64,000 nucleotides of DNA from Asterias rubens (taxonomy: Eukaryota). The stretch is taken from positions 22,196,001 to 22,260,000 of the forward strand of contig NC_047063.1 of NCBI RefSeq assembly GCF_902459465.1. The letters are read 5' to 3'. The position numbers and the translations under genes were made by a program. Below the pieces are notes generated by a model. The model saw nothing but the letters and a program-made list of their open reading frames with translations, was not told where the DNA came from and made no database searches. Shown here in pieces: positions 25,019 to 36,573 of this stretch (position 1 is its first letter; the number at the start of each line of letters is the position of its first letter).

Positions 25019-25405
25019 TTAAAGGAACACGTTGCCTTGGATCGGACGAGTTTGTCTATAAAAAACGTTTGTAACGATTTTTTATAAAATGCATATGGTT
25101 GGAAAGGTGTTTTAAACGTAGAATACAATGATCCACACGAATTTGCCTCGAATTTGCCTCGAAATTGCGTGGTTTTCCTTTTACTGTGCATACTAACACG
25201 GTCGGCCATTTATGGGAGTCAAAATATTGACTCCCATCAATGGCCAACCGTGTTAGTCGAAGAGGTAAAAGGAAAACCATGCAATTTCGAGGCATGTTTG
25301 TGTGGATCATTGTATTCCACTTTTACAACATCTTTCCAACCATATGCATTTTATAAGAAACGGTTACAAACGCCTTTCAAAGACCAAGGCAACGTGTTCC
25401 TTTAA
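25019..25405. mobile_element. Fully palindromic TTAA-flanked MITE (family K2), just downstream of the NSMCE3 stop
   Basis: TTAA|AGGAACACGTTGCCTTGG ... CCAAGGCAACGTGTTCCT|TTAA; arms meet at GGGAGTCAAAATATTGACTCCC (~25215-25236). Confidence 0.88.
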
Positions 25406-25500
25406 GCTCCACCCCATTGCCATAGTCCCAACTCTTTGTGGAATCGACCCCAATGCCTTTAACAGCTTCATGAAGTCGGTGCATGGTCTTAACTGCCTCC

Positions 25501-28500
25501 TCAGTCCGATTCGTCTGATTCATCAGATCCTGATGCAGACTCTTCATCCTCATCAGTCTGACTTCCTGACCTTTCAGAATGGAGTACCTCCCGGTACTGC
25601 TCCTTCCATGTGCTCATCTCTGTGTTGTCTCCGTACATCTAGCAAGGAAATAGTAACAATAGTATGATAGAGTATAAAACATTGTGAGAAACGGCTCCCT
25701 CTGAAGTAATGTAGTTTTCGAGAAAGAAGCCATTTTCCACGAATTTGACTTCGAGACCTCAGATTTAGAATTTGAGGTCTCGAAATCAAGCATCTGAAAG
25801 CGCACAACTTCGTGTGACAAGGGTGTTTTTTCTTTCGTTAATATCTCGCAACTTTGACAACCGATTGAGGACAAATTTTATGCATATGTTGAAATACACT
25901 AACTGTGAAGACTAGTCTTTGACAATTACCAATAGTGTCCAGTGTCTTTACACTGAGAAATCACATCCCTGTTGGACTGGTCTCCCTGCACGGTTTGAAG
26001 GGTGGATACAGAGAACAGCTGTTGTCCAATGATCTGCCTCCCTTTTATGAGTGTGACGTCATATGCAATGGGTCTATAGTTCAAATTTGTTGTATTTATA
26101 TTCATATTTAAATTTATATTTTTACATAGTTTTTAACGATTCCTGTAAGTGGCGGCTTTCCGCTGTTGGATATCAATAAATAAAAAAAATAAAAAAAATA
26201 ATTAATCGGGAAACACTCACCTTACAGACAAACTCCAGGACACTTCTCATAGTGACCTCTGCATTGGCTCGGAGACCCCATTTAAACTGATACAATGCAG
26301 GGTCTGTGTTGGGTATCTTACTGTAGTCTAAATACCTGGGGGGAGGGAGGTTCAGACAAAGAAAATAACATTGAACATAAATAAGGGAATAAAAGGGTAG
26401 CGACGAAGTCTTGACCTCTGCATTGGCTCGGAGACCCCATTTAAACTGATACAATGCAGGGTCTGTGTTGGGTATCTTACTGTAGTCTAAATACCTGGGG
26501 TGGGGGGGGGGTGGGGGATGGTTCAGACAAAGAAAATAACATTGAACATAAATAAGGGAATAAAAGGGTAGCGATGAAGTCTTGACCTCAGCATTGGCTC
26601 GGAGACCCCATTTAAACTGATACAATGCAGGGTCTGTGTTGGGTATCTTACTGTAGTCTAAATACCTGGGGTGGGGGGGGGGGGTGGGGGATGGTTCAGA
26701 CAAAGAAAATAACATTGAACATAAATAAGGGAATAAAAGGGTAGCGACGAAGTCTTGACCTCTGCATTGGCTTGGAGACCCCATTTAAACTGATACAATG
26801 CAGGGTCTGTGTTGGGTATCTTACTGTAGTCTAAATACCTGGGGTGGGGGATGGTTCAGACAAAGAAAATAACATTGAACATAAATAAGGGAATAAAAGG
26901 GTAGCGACGAAGTCTTGACCTCAGCATTGGCTCGCAGACCCCATTTAAACTGATACAATGCAGGGTCTGTGTTGGGTATCTTACTGTTGTCTAAATACCT
27001 GGGGTGGGGGATGGTTCAGACAAAGAAAATAACATTGAACATAAATAAGGGAATAAAAGGGTAGCGACGAAGTCTTGACCTCTGCATTGGCTCGGAGACC
27101 CCATTTAAACTGATACAATGCAGGGTCTGTGTTGGGTATCTTACTGTAGTCTAAATACCTGGGGGAGGGAGGTTCAGACAAAGAAAATAACATTGAACAT
27201 AAATAAGGGAATAAAAGGGTAGCGACGAAGTCTTGACCTCTGCATTGGCTTGGAGACCCCATTTAAACTGATACAATGCAGGGTCTGTGTTGGGTATCTT
27301 ACTGTAGTCTAAATACCTGGGGTGGGGGGGGGGGGTTCAGACAAAGAAAATAACATTGAACATAAATGAGATATAATTGCAAATTGAAAATGGGAAACAA
27401 TCAGACAGGCAAACTTTATGGTCAGTGAGTTTTGTGGTCAGGTAAAAAGCAGTTAAGTACCCAGATGACTACTGAAGACACTGGACACTATTGGTAGTTG
27501 TCAAAGACCAGTCTTCTCACTTCATCTCAACATATGCATTAAATAACAAACCTGTTTAAATTTGAGCTCAATTTGTCGTCGAAGTTGCAATAAAGAAATA
27601 CAAGAAAAAACAACATCGTCACAAGAAGTTGTGTGCGTTTAAATGGTTGATTTCGAGACCTCAACTTCTCAATCTGATGTCTCAAAATCAAATTCGTGAA
27701 AAATTACTTCTTTCTCGAAAACCATGTCACTTCTGAGGGAGCCGTTTCTCACAATGTTTTATACCATCAACCTCTCCCCGTTACTCGTCACCAAGTAAGT
27801 TTTATGCTCATAAAAAAAACCCACAAAAACAAATGAACAATTGCATCTGGATTATTTTTAAAACCTCAATTCTCCCACCCCAAGTCTGGAGGGGAAAGCA
27901 AATGCTACTCAAAACAAGACTCAAACTGGTCCCAATTTCATAAATATTTTAAGCAGAAAAAGCAAAAAAAAAAAAAGGTTGGGGCACCAGTTGCATCAAG
28001 TGACTTGGGTACAAAGTGACCGACATTCGGTTAGTGATTTAGAATTCAGGGGGTTATGGGTTCAAATCCAACCCAAGTGTTATGCCTGCATATTATCCCC
28101 CATAGGACTAGGCGGTAAAACCAAAGTATTGAATTTATTATGACTTACAATTGCTTTGAAGCAAACTCGGATGTCACCAGTTTCTTGAGATCACCAAACA
28201 ATTCATGGTTCTTTCTGAAAAACATCAACAGACCGTCAAGAATATCATCAGTCAGCTAACAGGTTATTACATTTCTGACAGTTGAATGGGCAGTGAATTA
28301 GAAGGAAAATTAGTTATCAGCATACAAATCAGCTGTGCAGAATGACTTGGTGGTTATATACATGGTGTATAAGGCAGGGCGTGGCCAAAATATGCCATCT
28401 GCGTACCGACAGACACGGCAAAACTTCTTATTTGATCTTACAAGAGTCACTTAATCATGAAGACCAATGCAGAACCAAACCATTACAAAAATAGCTTGAG

Positions 28501-31500
28501 TCACCTGGAAGTGGTATTTTGTCAAAATAAAGCTTTTGTCACTAACATAAAGTGTGTTTTGATGAGTGGAATGTGAATGACAGTTAACTAAGATTCTAAA
28601 AAATTAGTTCTTATCTTATTTACAAGTTTAAGAGTAGGCCCCGACCCTAGAGGACGCTGTTCGTGACGTCAATCGAGGCGCAATATTTGAAGAGAAAATG
28701 CTGCACAGCACTGAAAAAGACAACGGACCGGACCACTAGGCACTATTGCTCTTGTGAGTCTGACCAGCCATGCAGACTGACCCCATCTTCAGTTGTTTTA
28801 CTGCATCCTGCAGCAATACACTTGGCCGGCATTGCCGGAAAAATGCAAGAAAACAACTTTTTTCGAAAGGTACAAACTCACGACTTCGACTTGTATGTAC
28901 TTTGCACGTGTGTTTACTCTACGCATCACGGCAAACTCTACCTCGATTGACGTCACAAAAGGGGTAGGCGGAGTCAACCCCCTAATAACTTTATCTATTT
29001 TTCAAACATATAAATCGTCTACAAAATTGTTTTATTGTTACTCAACATATACTCTTATGTTTGAAAAAACAAAAATTATTATTCCAGGTGACTTTAAGAA
29101 ATCACTGTGCAGGGTTTTCCAGAGCAATTTCTCCACACAGAAATTTGACCTCTTGTTTTCCATTCCACAGCAGCAAGTACGACCTACACCATAAGGGTAT
29201 TAACGATGTAATAATAATATATAAACTATGAGAATATATCATCAAAGTGTAATCCTAAGTGTGAAAACAAAGTTAATAAACACGGGTCAACGTCTGTTGG
29301 TATCCCTCCCAATGTTGTAAACAAGCAGACTTTGTGTCTTGTAAGACTATCCTTCAAAACCACAGTACATGACACTAAATGGGAAATCAGGTTGTATGAG
29401 GGATATGTCATAGAAAAAATTGAGATCCTATGAAATCCAAGCTTTTGTTACGTAACAATAATAATGAAACTCACTCTTCTTGTCGAAGGCCCAACTTCTC
29501 CAGTGTGTGCCAAAGGACAACTGCAAACAAAAATAAAAAATTGAAAATCCATCAATCACATGTGTATTGAAGTAGGTCAGGTTACTCCCAGGCCGTGTTC
29601 GGCCGCTAAGCATTTTGGTACAAGCCGCTTCTGGTTGCTTTTGTCTCTTGCATTGTTGTACTCTCCTGCAAGCTTTGATGCTGTCTTGGGGAGGGTGGGT
29701 GGCAAATTCAGTTTGTGCTCTGTGACTGTGCTGTCAAGTTGGGCTTATCAGATGATGATAATGTCAATTTTTCCTGAGATAAATTGGAAGCTCCATCCCT
29801 CTTATAGCTGGCAGTGCTCTCTAGAACCCTGTCAGATTTGTTGCAATGACTACTGTTACCCTGTTCCAAACCTGAACAGCTCTTGGGAAAGGGCTACAGA
29901 GGTAGCAGTCAACTCTGGCAAATGGTTGCCCATTTGTGAGACTATGTTGATTGGCCTGGTTGCGTCGACTTGGTCGTCTGATTTTTACAGGGTTAAGATC
30001 AATCTTCAAGCCTGGACTTTCCTCTTTGAGAGGGCAATGCCATTTCATTTGGTTAAGGACACTTCCATCGGAAAATCTTAAAGTCTATGGGAAACTTTTG
30101 AAGGGGCACCAAGGCCAGGACGAGGGGCAACAGAGGCAATGTTACTTACCTTCAGTGAGAACTCCTCCATTCATGAAGATGAGGCTCAGTATCACCAGAA
30201 GGAGACCAACCTTGGGATCTTCAGAGGAACTGTACAGAAGAGAAAAACAGAAACACTGATCAGGGCTGGCATTAGGGGTAAAATTCCACACCAACGCTGC
30301 GCTTGTAGTAGACATTCAGACGTTCAAGACATAGAATCCAATTGGGTCCAATTTCATTAAGCCTGTAGTAAGCACAAAACACTTGCTTAGCAAATAAAGG
30401 TTACCCGCTAAAACATTAGAAAGTTACAATTGCTGCGACTTGTACCTTGATCATTTTTTGCTTAGCCAAGAACTTTGCTAAGCTGAATTTTCTGCTTAAC
30501 AGCTTTTTGTAATTGGGCCTAAGAGGATCCAAGTTTAATACCTGTCTATGAAGTCTCCTTGTGCTTCTGTCTCTATTCTGTTCAGAAGTATGTACATCTT
30601 TGTTGAGCTTTTTCCAGTTTTATGTACCAACTCCACAAGGTCCAAACCAAATGCCTGTAATTTTGGGATAGAACTAAGTTGTTTAAGGTTATTAAGCAGA
30701 TATTATGAGTTTCTGATTGCTTTGTATGCAGTTGAATTTCATCAATTTAGGCAAGATTTGAAACTGCATGGTGGGAATTATACAACAAACACTTTGTACA
30801 TGAGTATGATTTGAAACTTTGCATGATGGAGATACAATTTAATAAGGTTTACTGTAACACCATGTACATGAGTAGGATTTGAAACTTTGCATGGTGGATA
30901 CAATCTAGTAAGGTTTGCTGCAACACAGTGTACATGAGTAGGATTTGAAACTTTGCATGGTGGAGATACAATCTAGTAAGGTTTGCAGTAACACCATGTA
31001 CATGAGTAAGATTTGAAACTTTGCATGGTGGAGATGCAATCTAGTAAGGTTTGCAGTAACACCATGTACATGAGTAGGATTGAAACTTCGCATGACGGAG
31101 ATACAATCTAATAAGGTTTGCAGTAACACCATGTACATGAGTAGGATTTGAAACTTTGTATGGTGGAGATACATCTAGTAAGGTTTGTGGTAACACCATG
31201 TACATGAGTAGGATTGAAACTTTGCATGGTGGAGATACAATCTATAGGTTTGCAGTAACACCATGTACATGAGTAGGATTTGAAACTTTGCATGGTGGAG
31301 ATACAATCTATAGGTTTGCAGTAACACCATGTACATGAGTAGGATTTGAAACTTTGCATGGTGGAGATACAATCTAGTAAGGTTTGCAGTAACACCATGT
31401 ACATGAGTAGGATTGAAACTTTGCATGGTGGAGATACAATCTATAGGTTTGCAGTAACACCATGTACATGAGTAGGATTTGAAATTTTGCATGGTGGAGA

Positions 31501-34500
31501 TACAATCTTGTAAGGTTTGCAGTAACACCATGTACATGAGTAGGATGTGAAACTTTGCATGGTGGAGATACAATCTAGTAAGGTTTGCAGTAACACCATG
31601 TACATGAGTAGGATTTGAAACTTTGCATGGTGGAGATACAATCTAGTAAGGTTTGCAGTAACACCATGTACATGAGTAGGATTTGAAACTTTGCATGGTG
31701 GAGATACAATCTAGTAAGGTTTGCAGTAACACCATGTACATGAGTAGGATTTGAAACTTTGCATGGTGGAGATACAATCTAGTAAGGTTTGCAGTAACAC
31801 CATGTACATGAGTAGGATTTGAAACTTTGCATGGTGGAGATACAATCTAGTAAGGTTTGCAGTAACACCATGTACATGAGTAGGATTTGAAACTTTGCAT
31901 GGTGGAGATACAATCTAGTAAGGTTTGCAGTAACACCATGTACATGAGTAGGATTTGAAACTTTGCATGGTGGAGATACAATCTAGTAAGGTTTGCAGTA
32001 ACACCATGTACATGAGTAGGATTTGAAACTTTGCATGGTGGAGATACAATCTAGTAAGGTTTGCAGTAACACCATGTACATGAGTAGGATTTTAAACTTA
32101 GCATGGTGGAGATACAATCTAGTAATGTTTGTGGTAACACCATGTATATGAGTAGGATTTGAAACTTTGCATGGTGGAGATCAAATAATAAAAAAAATAA
32201 AAAATAAAACCAAGGTTTTAAAATGGTTCTGATTTTACCATCTTGAGCTTCCTCTTGGTTCTATCCAGAACGTGCGGCAAAATTTTGCGATACTCGGCCT
32301 TCAATACATGCTTGGTAATATCTGAAAAAAAAATTATTATATATTTTTGGTAATGACACCAAGGATGCCTCGTAAGTGAAATTAATTGCTGTAGCTTGCA
32401 AGCCTAATGGAACCTGTAAACAAGGCTGCTTGCTGTGTCAACCAGAAACACTGAGTGTTAACCCGTACTCTTCCACGGCAAGTGTTCAGGATTCTTTTCC
32501 TTTAGACAGCACCATGTGATGGTTTACAGGCGCTGTGGCGCAATATGTAGCCAATCAAATTAGAAACCCTAGGGCGAACCTTTTCTCTTTACAAGTGCAC
32601 TGGGTGCTTGTATGTGCATTCACAACACACATTCAAAGGATGCAGCAATAATATAGTAAAGTGTCTTGCTCAAGGACACAAGTGTCATGACTGGGACTCA
32701 AACCCACACTCTGCTGATAATTAACACCAGAGCCACACCAATTCCAAAGTCTATTCTACGCTATGCTTCATCAAAAACATGACAAAATACGAAGAGACTG
32801 GGGGGGGTTGTCTATGACATCACTTACCTCCCCTCTTTATTGGGATTTTCTTTTGTTCCATTATCAGCATGTATTGTACCAACTCACCAACCTTCAAAAC
32901 AGAATGGTAGAAAACGAAGAGCACTGAACATTAAATAACCCAAATGAATTCAGCAAAGCTTAACCATACAATATGATGAATATATGTCAACAGGAGTTTT
33001 CTTCGTATCGCCATTCTCTCTTCGCGGCCGGCCAACAGTAGCTATGCCAATATTGTATCAAGCTATACATAACGTACCAATTAACACAAAATCATCCGCT
33101 AAGACGAGCCTCATACCGATCGCAAGTTAGGAGAATGATGATTCTTGGCGCAGAATTCGGCGGTAAGCAGGGCCATGAGGCCCGTCCAAGTGGGTCCAGT
33201 GATTACTTCGAGACAAGGGCCCAAGTTCATAAAGCCTGTAAGCACAAAAACTTGCTAAGCAGAAACTACTATCGCTTAGCAGAAACAGGTTACCTGCCAA
33301 AACTACATTAAGATGTTATTGCTGTGACTGATGCCCCACTACATTTTTGTTAAGCAAAGAAATTTGTTATGTAGTATTTTTTGCTTAACAGCTTTATGAA
33401 ATTGGGCCCTGGAAAGGTTAATTGATTAAAGGCAGTGGACACTATTGGTAATTACTCAAAATAATTAATAGCATAAAACTTACTTGGTAACGAGAAATGG
33501 GGAGAGGTTGATAGTATAAAACATAGTGAGAAACCGCTCCCTCTGAAGTGGAGTAGTTTTCAAGAAAGTAGTAATTTTCCACAAATTTGATTTTGAGACC
33601 TCAGATTTAGAATTTGAGGTCTCGAAATCAAGCATCTAAAAGCACACAACTTCGTGTGACAAGGGTGTTTTTTTTCCCATTATTATCTCGCAACTTCGAC
33701 GACCAATTGAGCTCAAATTTTCAAAGGTTTGTTATTTTAAGTTGAGATACACCAAGTGAGAATACTGGTCTTTGACAATTACCAATAGTGTCCAGTGTCT
33801 TTAAGGAGTGTTTATTGCCAAGATCTATGATGGTGTTGTGATGCTGCTCCTCAGAACAATACCATTTGTACGAATTACTCAATACAAAGACTCACGGAAG
33901 ACGATTTGTTGTTAACTTCTTCTGCATGCAGTCTATTTATTTCTACATATGTCTTTTAACATAGAAGTGCACCCTAAGGTGCCCTAGATAAGAATAACTC
34001 ATTTACTTTCCCCATCCCTCTTTTATTTCCCTTCAACTCCTTGAGGAGTGGTCATTCCTGGAATGAGGCAAGAACCACATCCTTGAGTCCAGGTAGGTCA
34101 CTGACCACTGACCTCCACACCCACCTCAGTATTCTAGGAATACCCATTACTACCACAATGACCTTCTCACCACCAGGCTCTGGGTGAAAGTTCGGTCATG
34201 ACTAATAATGACATCACAGATGGACTGACCTTCCTTTCGATGAGTTCTGGCGTGAGTTTGGCGACTGCTCTTTCAGCTTGAGTCATGCTCTGAGTCTGTT
34301 GCTGGCTTTGACTGGCGTCCATATCCTCCTCTCCCTGTGCAAAAACAACGATCAAAACAAACTTATATCGACACAGGGAATTGCGTTTGTACAAAAAATA
34401 TATACAAACCTGAAAATGGGGACAACTATCAGAGACTGTAGCCCATTTTCAGTTTTTTTGTGTATGTGTGTCTGTGCATCTCTTCATGGACCTGAGCTTC

Positions 34501-35262
34501 TATCTTAACCTACAGCTTACATTTGTCAAGAAAAAATTATTATAATTTTTGTCTTCAAGTCTAAATCTTTGTACCAAAAGAATGGAGTTCAAATGTCAAA
34601 TTTTGAGTCGCACAAATATCTTTCAATCCTGCAGAGTATCACACATATTAAACAGAAGAGCGAAAAAGCTGTATTCTCATTCTGAAATAGTCTCTTCTCA
34701 TTTTGATTCTGGGGTGTATTTCATAAAGAGTTAAGACTAGTCTTGTTTCGAGTTAGGAGTTACTCGTCCTAACTTAGGACTAGCCTTTAGTTTTTAATAT
34801 CTCCTAGCACTAGTCCTAAGTTAGGACTAGTCCTAAGTTAGGACTAGCCCTAACTCTTTGTGAAATCGACCCCTGGTCTTTCAATGGAATCCTGGTCAAG
34901 TACCGGTAAAAAACCCGAGCTGCAAGGGGTGGATTTCGCAAAGAATTAAGACTAGTCTTATTTCGAGTTAGGGCGACTTACTCGTCCACACTTGAGACTA
35001 TAGCCATACGTTTTTAATATCTCCTAGGACTAGTCCTAAGTTAGGACTAGTGCTAACTATTTGTAAAATCGACCCCTGGCTGCAGGCTTGTGGATTTCCC
35101 CCCAAAGACAAGCCCCGGCGGTGCTAAAAAATAAACTGCTTGACATACCGAGCTGGATGCTGATGATGACTCTACCACAGCAGCCCTTCCTTTTTGCCGT
35201 CCCTTCTTTGGTTGTGACTTCTGCCTTTGGGACTGGCTCGCTCCTGCTGCTCCACGAGGCAT
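25501..35262 (-). CDS. NSMCE3: MAGE-domain protein, NSE3/NSMCE3 (SMC5/6 subunit)-like, 307 aa
   Basis: Join (minus): 35262-35149, 34334-34230, 32891-32828, 32321-32239, 30654-30542, 30229-30150, 29520-29475, 28214-28149, 26335-26221, 25638-25501. GT-AG, phases agree, 924 nt. MAGE hallmarks: [113 protein letters not shown]. Confidence 0.92.
26221..27367 (-). repeat. 7-copy ~158-173 bp tandem repeat spanning the intron 8/exon 9 junction of NSMCE3
   Basis: Identical CAG|GTATTTAGAC acceptors with exon starts at 27316, 27158, 26998, 26838, 26665, 26494 and 26335. Only the last copy runs on to the donor at 26221. Confidence 0.97.
28497..29098. mobile_element. ~600-bp TIR element (AGTCACCTGGAA termini), NSMCE3 intron 7
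   Basis: GAGTCACCTGGAA at ~28498 and TTCCAGGTGACTTTAA at ~29083-29098; no ORF. Confidence 0.55.
30780..32185. repeat. 68-bp minisatellite, ~20 copies, in NSMCE3 intron 4
   Basis: Unit CATGTACATGAGTAGGATTTGAAACTTTGCATGGTGGAGATACAATCTAGTAAGGTTTGCAGTAACAC; period 68 (e.g. 31561 to 31629). Copies at ~31560-32090 look identical. Confidence 0.97.
33426..33804 (+). mobile_element. K1 MITE, complete copy (NSMCE3 intron 2)
   Basis: TTAA at both ends, TIRs. Confidence 0.85.
34711..35076. mobile_element. Two adjacent palindromic MITEs (GGGGT.GATTTCACAAAGAGTTA termini); relatives at ~1499-1640 and ~8285-8580
   Basis: 34711-34873 and 34926-35076, rich in CCTAAGTTAGG/GACTAGTC palindromes. Confidence 0.75.
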
Positions 35263-35307
35263 TGTAATAGAGGTTTTTCTTGACTCAAGTTAAAAAAAAC
35301 AAAACAA

Positions 35308-35838
35308 ATTTGAATAGAATTTTGAAGCGATTGGGTAATTCAAACCCTTTATCCTCTTGACGGGTCGACCAGAGACGGCAACTAAAAATTTGAGCAACCT
35401 TTTTATGAAAAAATATGTTTAATTGGGAGTTATTTTAAACTCTCCATCCTCTTGACGGAGATGGGCGGGCAATGATTATCGCAACTTCTGGGGATGGGTC
35501 AGGAAAAAAAAGTGAATACCGAGCAGAAAATTGCCTTTTTTGAAGAAATTATTGAACGTAACTCAACAAAAGGGAAATGCAAGCATTATGAATGTATATT
35601 GAGTAGGATGGGGAATGCTTTAGGTAGGTGTACAGTACACAGGAAACTTCAGTTCTGGCTGGCTAACGGTCGCAAAACTTTCACCCATCAACGCTGATTT
35701 GAAAAATGTATAGCGTTAAAAAAGCCCTAAATATATGACCCTTATAAGGCTCATAGGGGAGCCTTATAGTTTCTAGAAGTACCCGTCAAGAGGATCAAGG
35801 GTTTGAATTACTCAATAGCTTCAAAATTCTATTCAAAT
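35308..35838. mobile_element. ~530-bp element with ~65-bp terminal inverted repeats in the NSMCE3 5'-UTR intron
   Basis: ATTTGAATAGAATTTTGAAGCGATTGGGTAATTCAAACCCTT.ATCCTCTTGACGGGT, with its reverse complement at 35779-35838. Confidence 0.7.
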
Positions 35839-36320
35839 AATTGTTCAATGATTTCTTTCAACACAACACCCCTCCAGCCATGAAACGCCAAGGCCCTCGG
35901 GTAAACAACTCCAAGGAGATTGCTTGCGCGTCGCGCGTAACATGTGATGTGGCACAATTGTTCCAGCCATTGCCCTCGACCAATACAAATAGGAATGAAG
36001 AACAAAATATAAGCACAGGTGCAAGCTTGCGTGTCACAGGCCCATGTTTCAACACTTTTTACTGGTGTTATATCATCCGTTATAACATCCCCATGTGATG
36101 CCCTCTCGACCAATCAGAATGGATAACTGTCCAAGGTATTTATGAATCTCATTTCACGCCCTCTTCCTAATAATCAACAGGGAATAATTATTGTCATGCA
36201 CCACCAATTCATTTCCATTTGTCAGTTTGTTTATGTTTTTAATTTAATTTTAATGTTTTGTTTATTATTTAATCTTTAGCTATTCCATGAAAAGTAATCA
36301 CACTTTCCATGTAATCTTAC

Positions 36321-36430
36321 CTCTGTGCTTTTGAATTAAAGTTGACTATGTATTTTAGTGCATGTCGACAAGAGTGAAGTTTGCAAGTTGATAACCAACA
36401 TCAGGAAAGTTCTGTCAAAAGGAAGAACAG
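36321..36430 (-). other. NSMCE3: Probable non-coding first exon (5' UTR) of NSMCE3
   Basis: Strong minus-strand donor GAG|GTAAGA at 36321/36320. The ATG exon (35262) is preceded by a polypyrimidine tract and AG. The upstream boundary is approximate. Confidence 0.5.
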
Positions 36431-36573
36431 AAACTCCAGGCCTTTCCCTCATTTCCAAATCATGCGCGAAATTGTTACTGGTACTCGACTCGGCACTTTA
36501 CAGCTTTTGGTGTTTAGTCAAGGAATGATTACCAGCGAGGATTGCACCCAAAATGCATTGCTACAAATTCAAG
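36330..36573. promoter_or_regulatory. Putative bidirectional promoter NSMCE3/NDUFAF3 with an E2F-type site
   Basis: Only ~250 bp between the NSMCE3 UTR-exon donor (36321) and the NDUFAF3 ATG (36574). GCGCGAAA (= TTTCGCGC) at 36464-36471. Confidence 0.55.

Noticed and set aside
30905-31641. Overlapping repetitive ORFs and a CRISPR-like appearance
   Set aside because: Pure 68-bp tandem repeat with no unique spacers, in a eukaryotic intron, and no cas genes.
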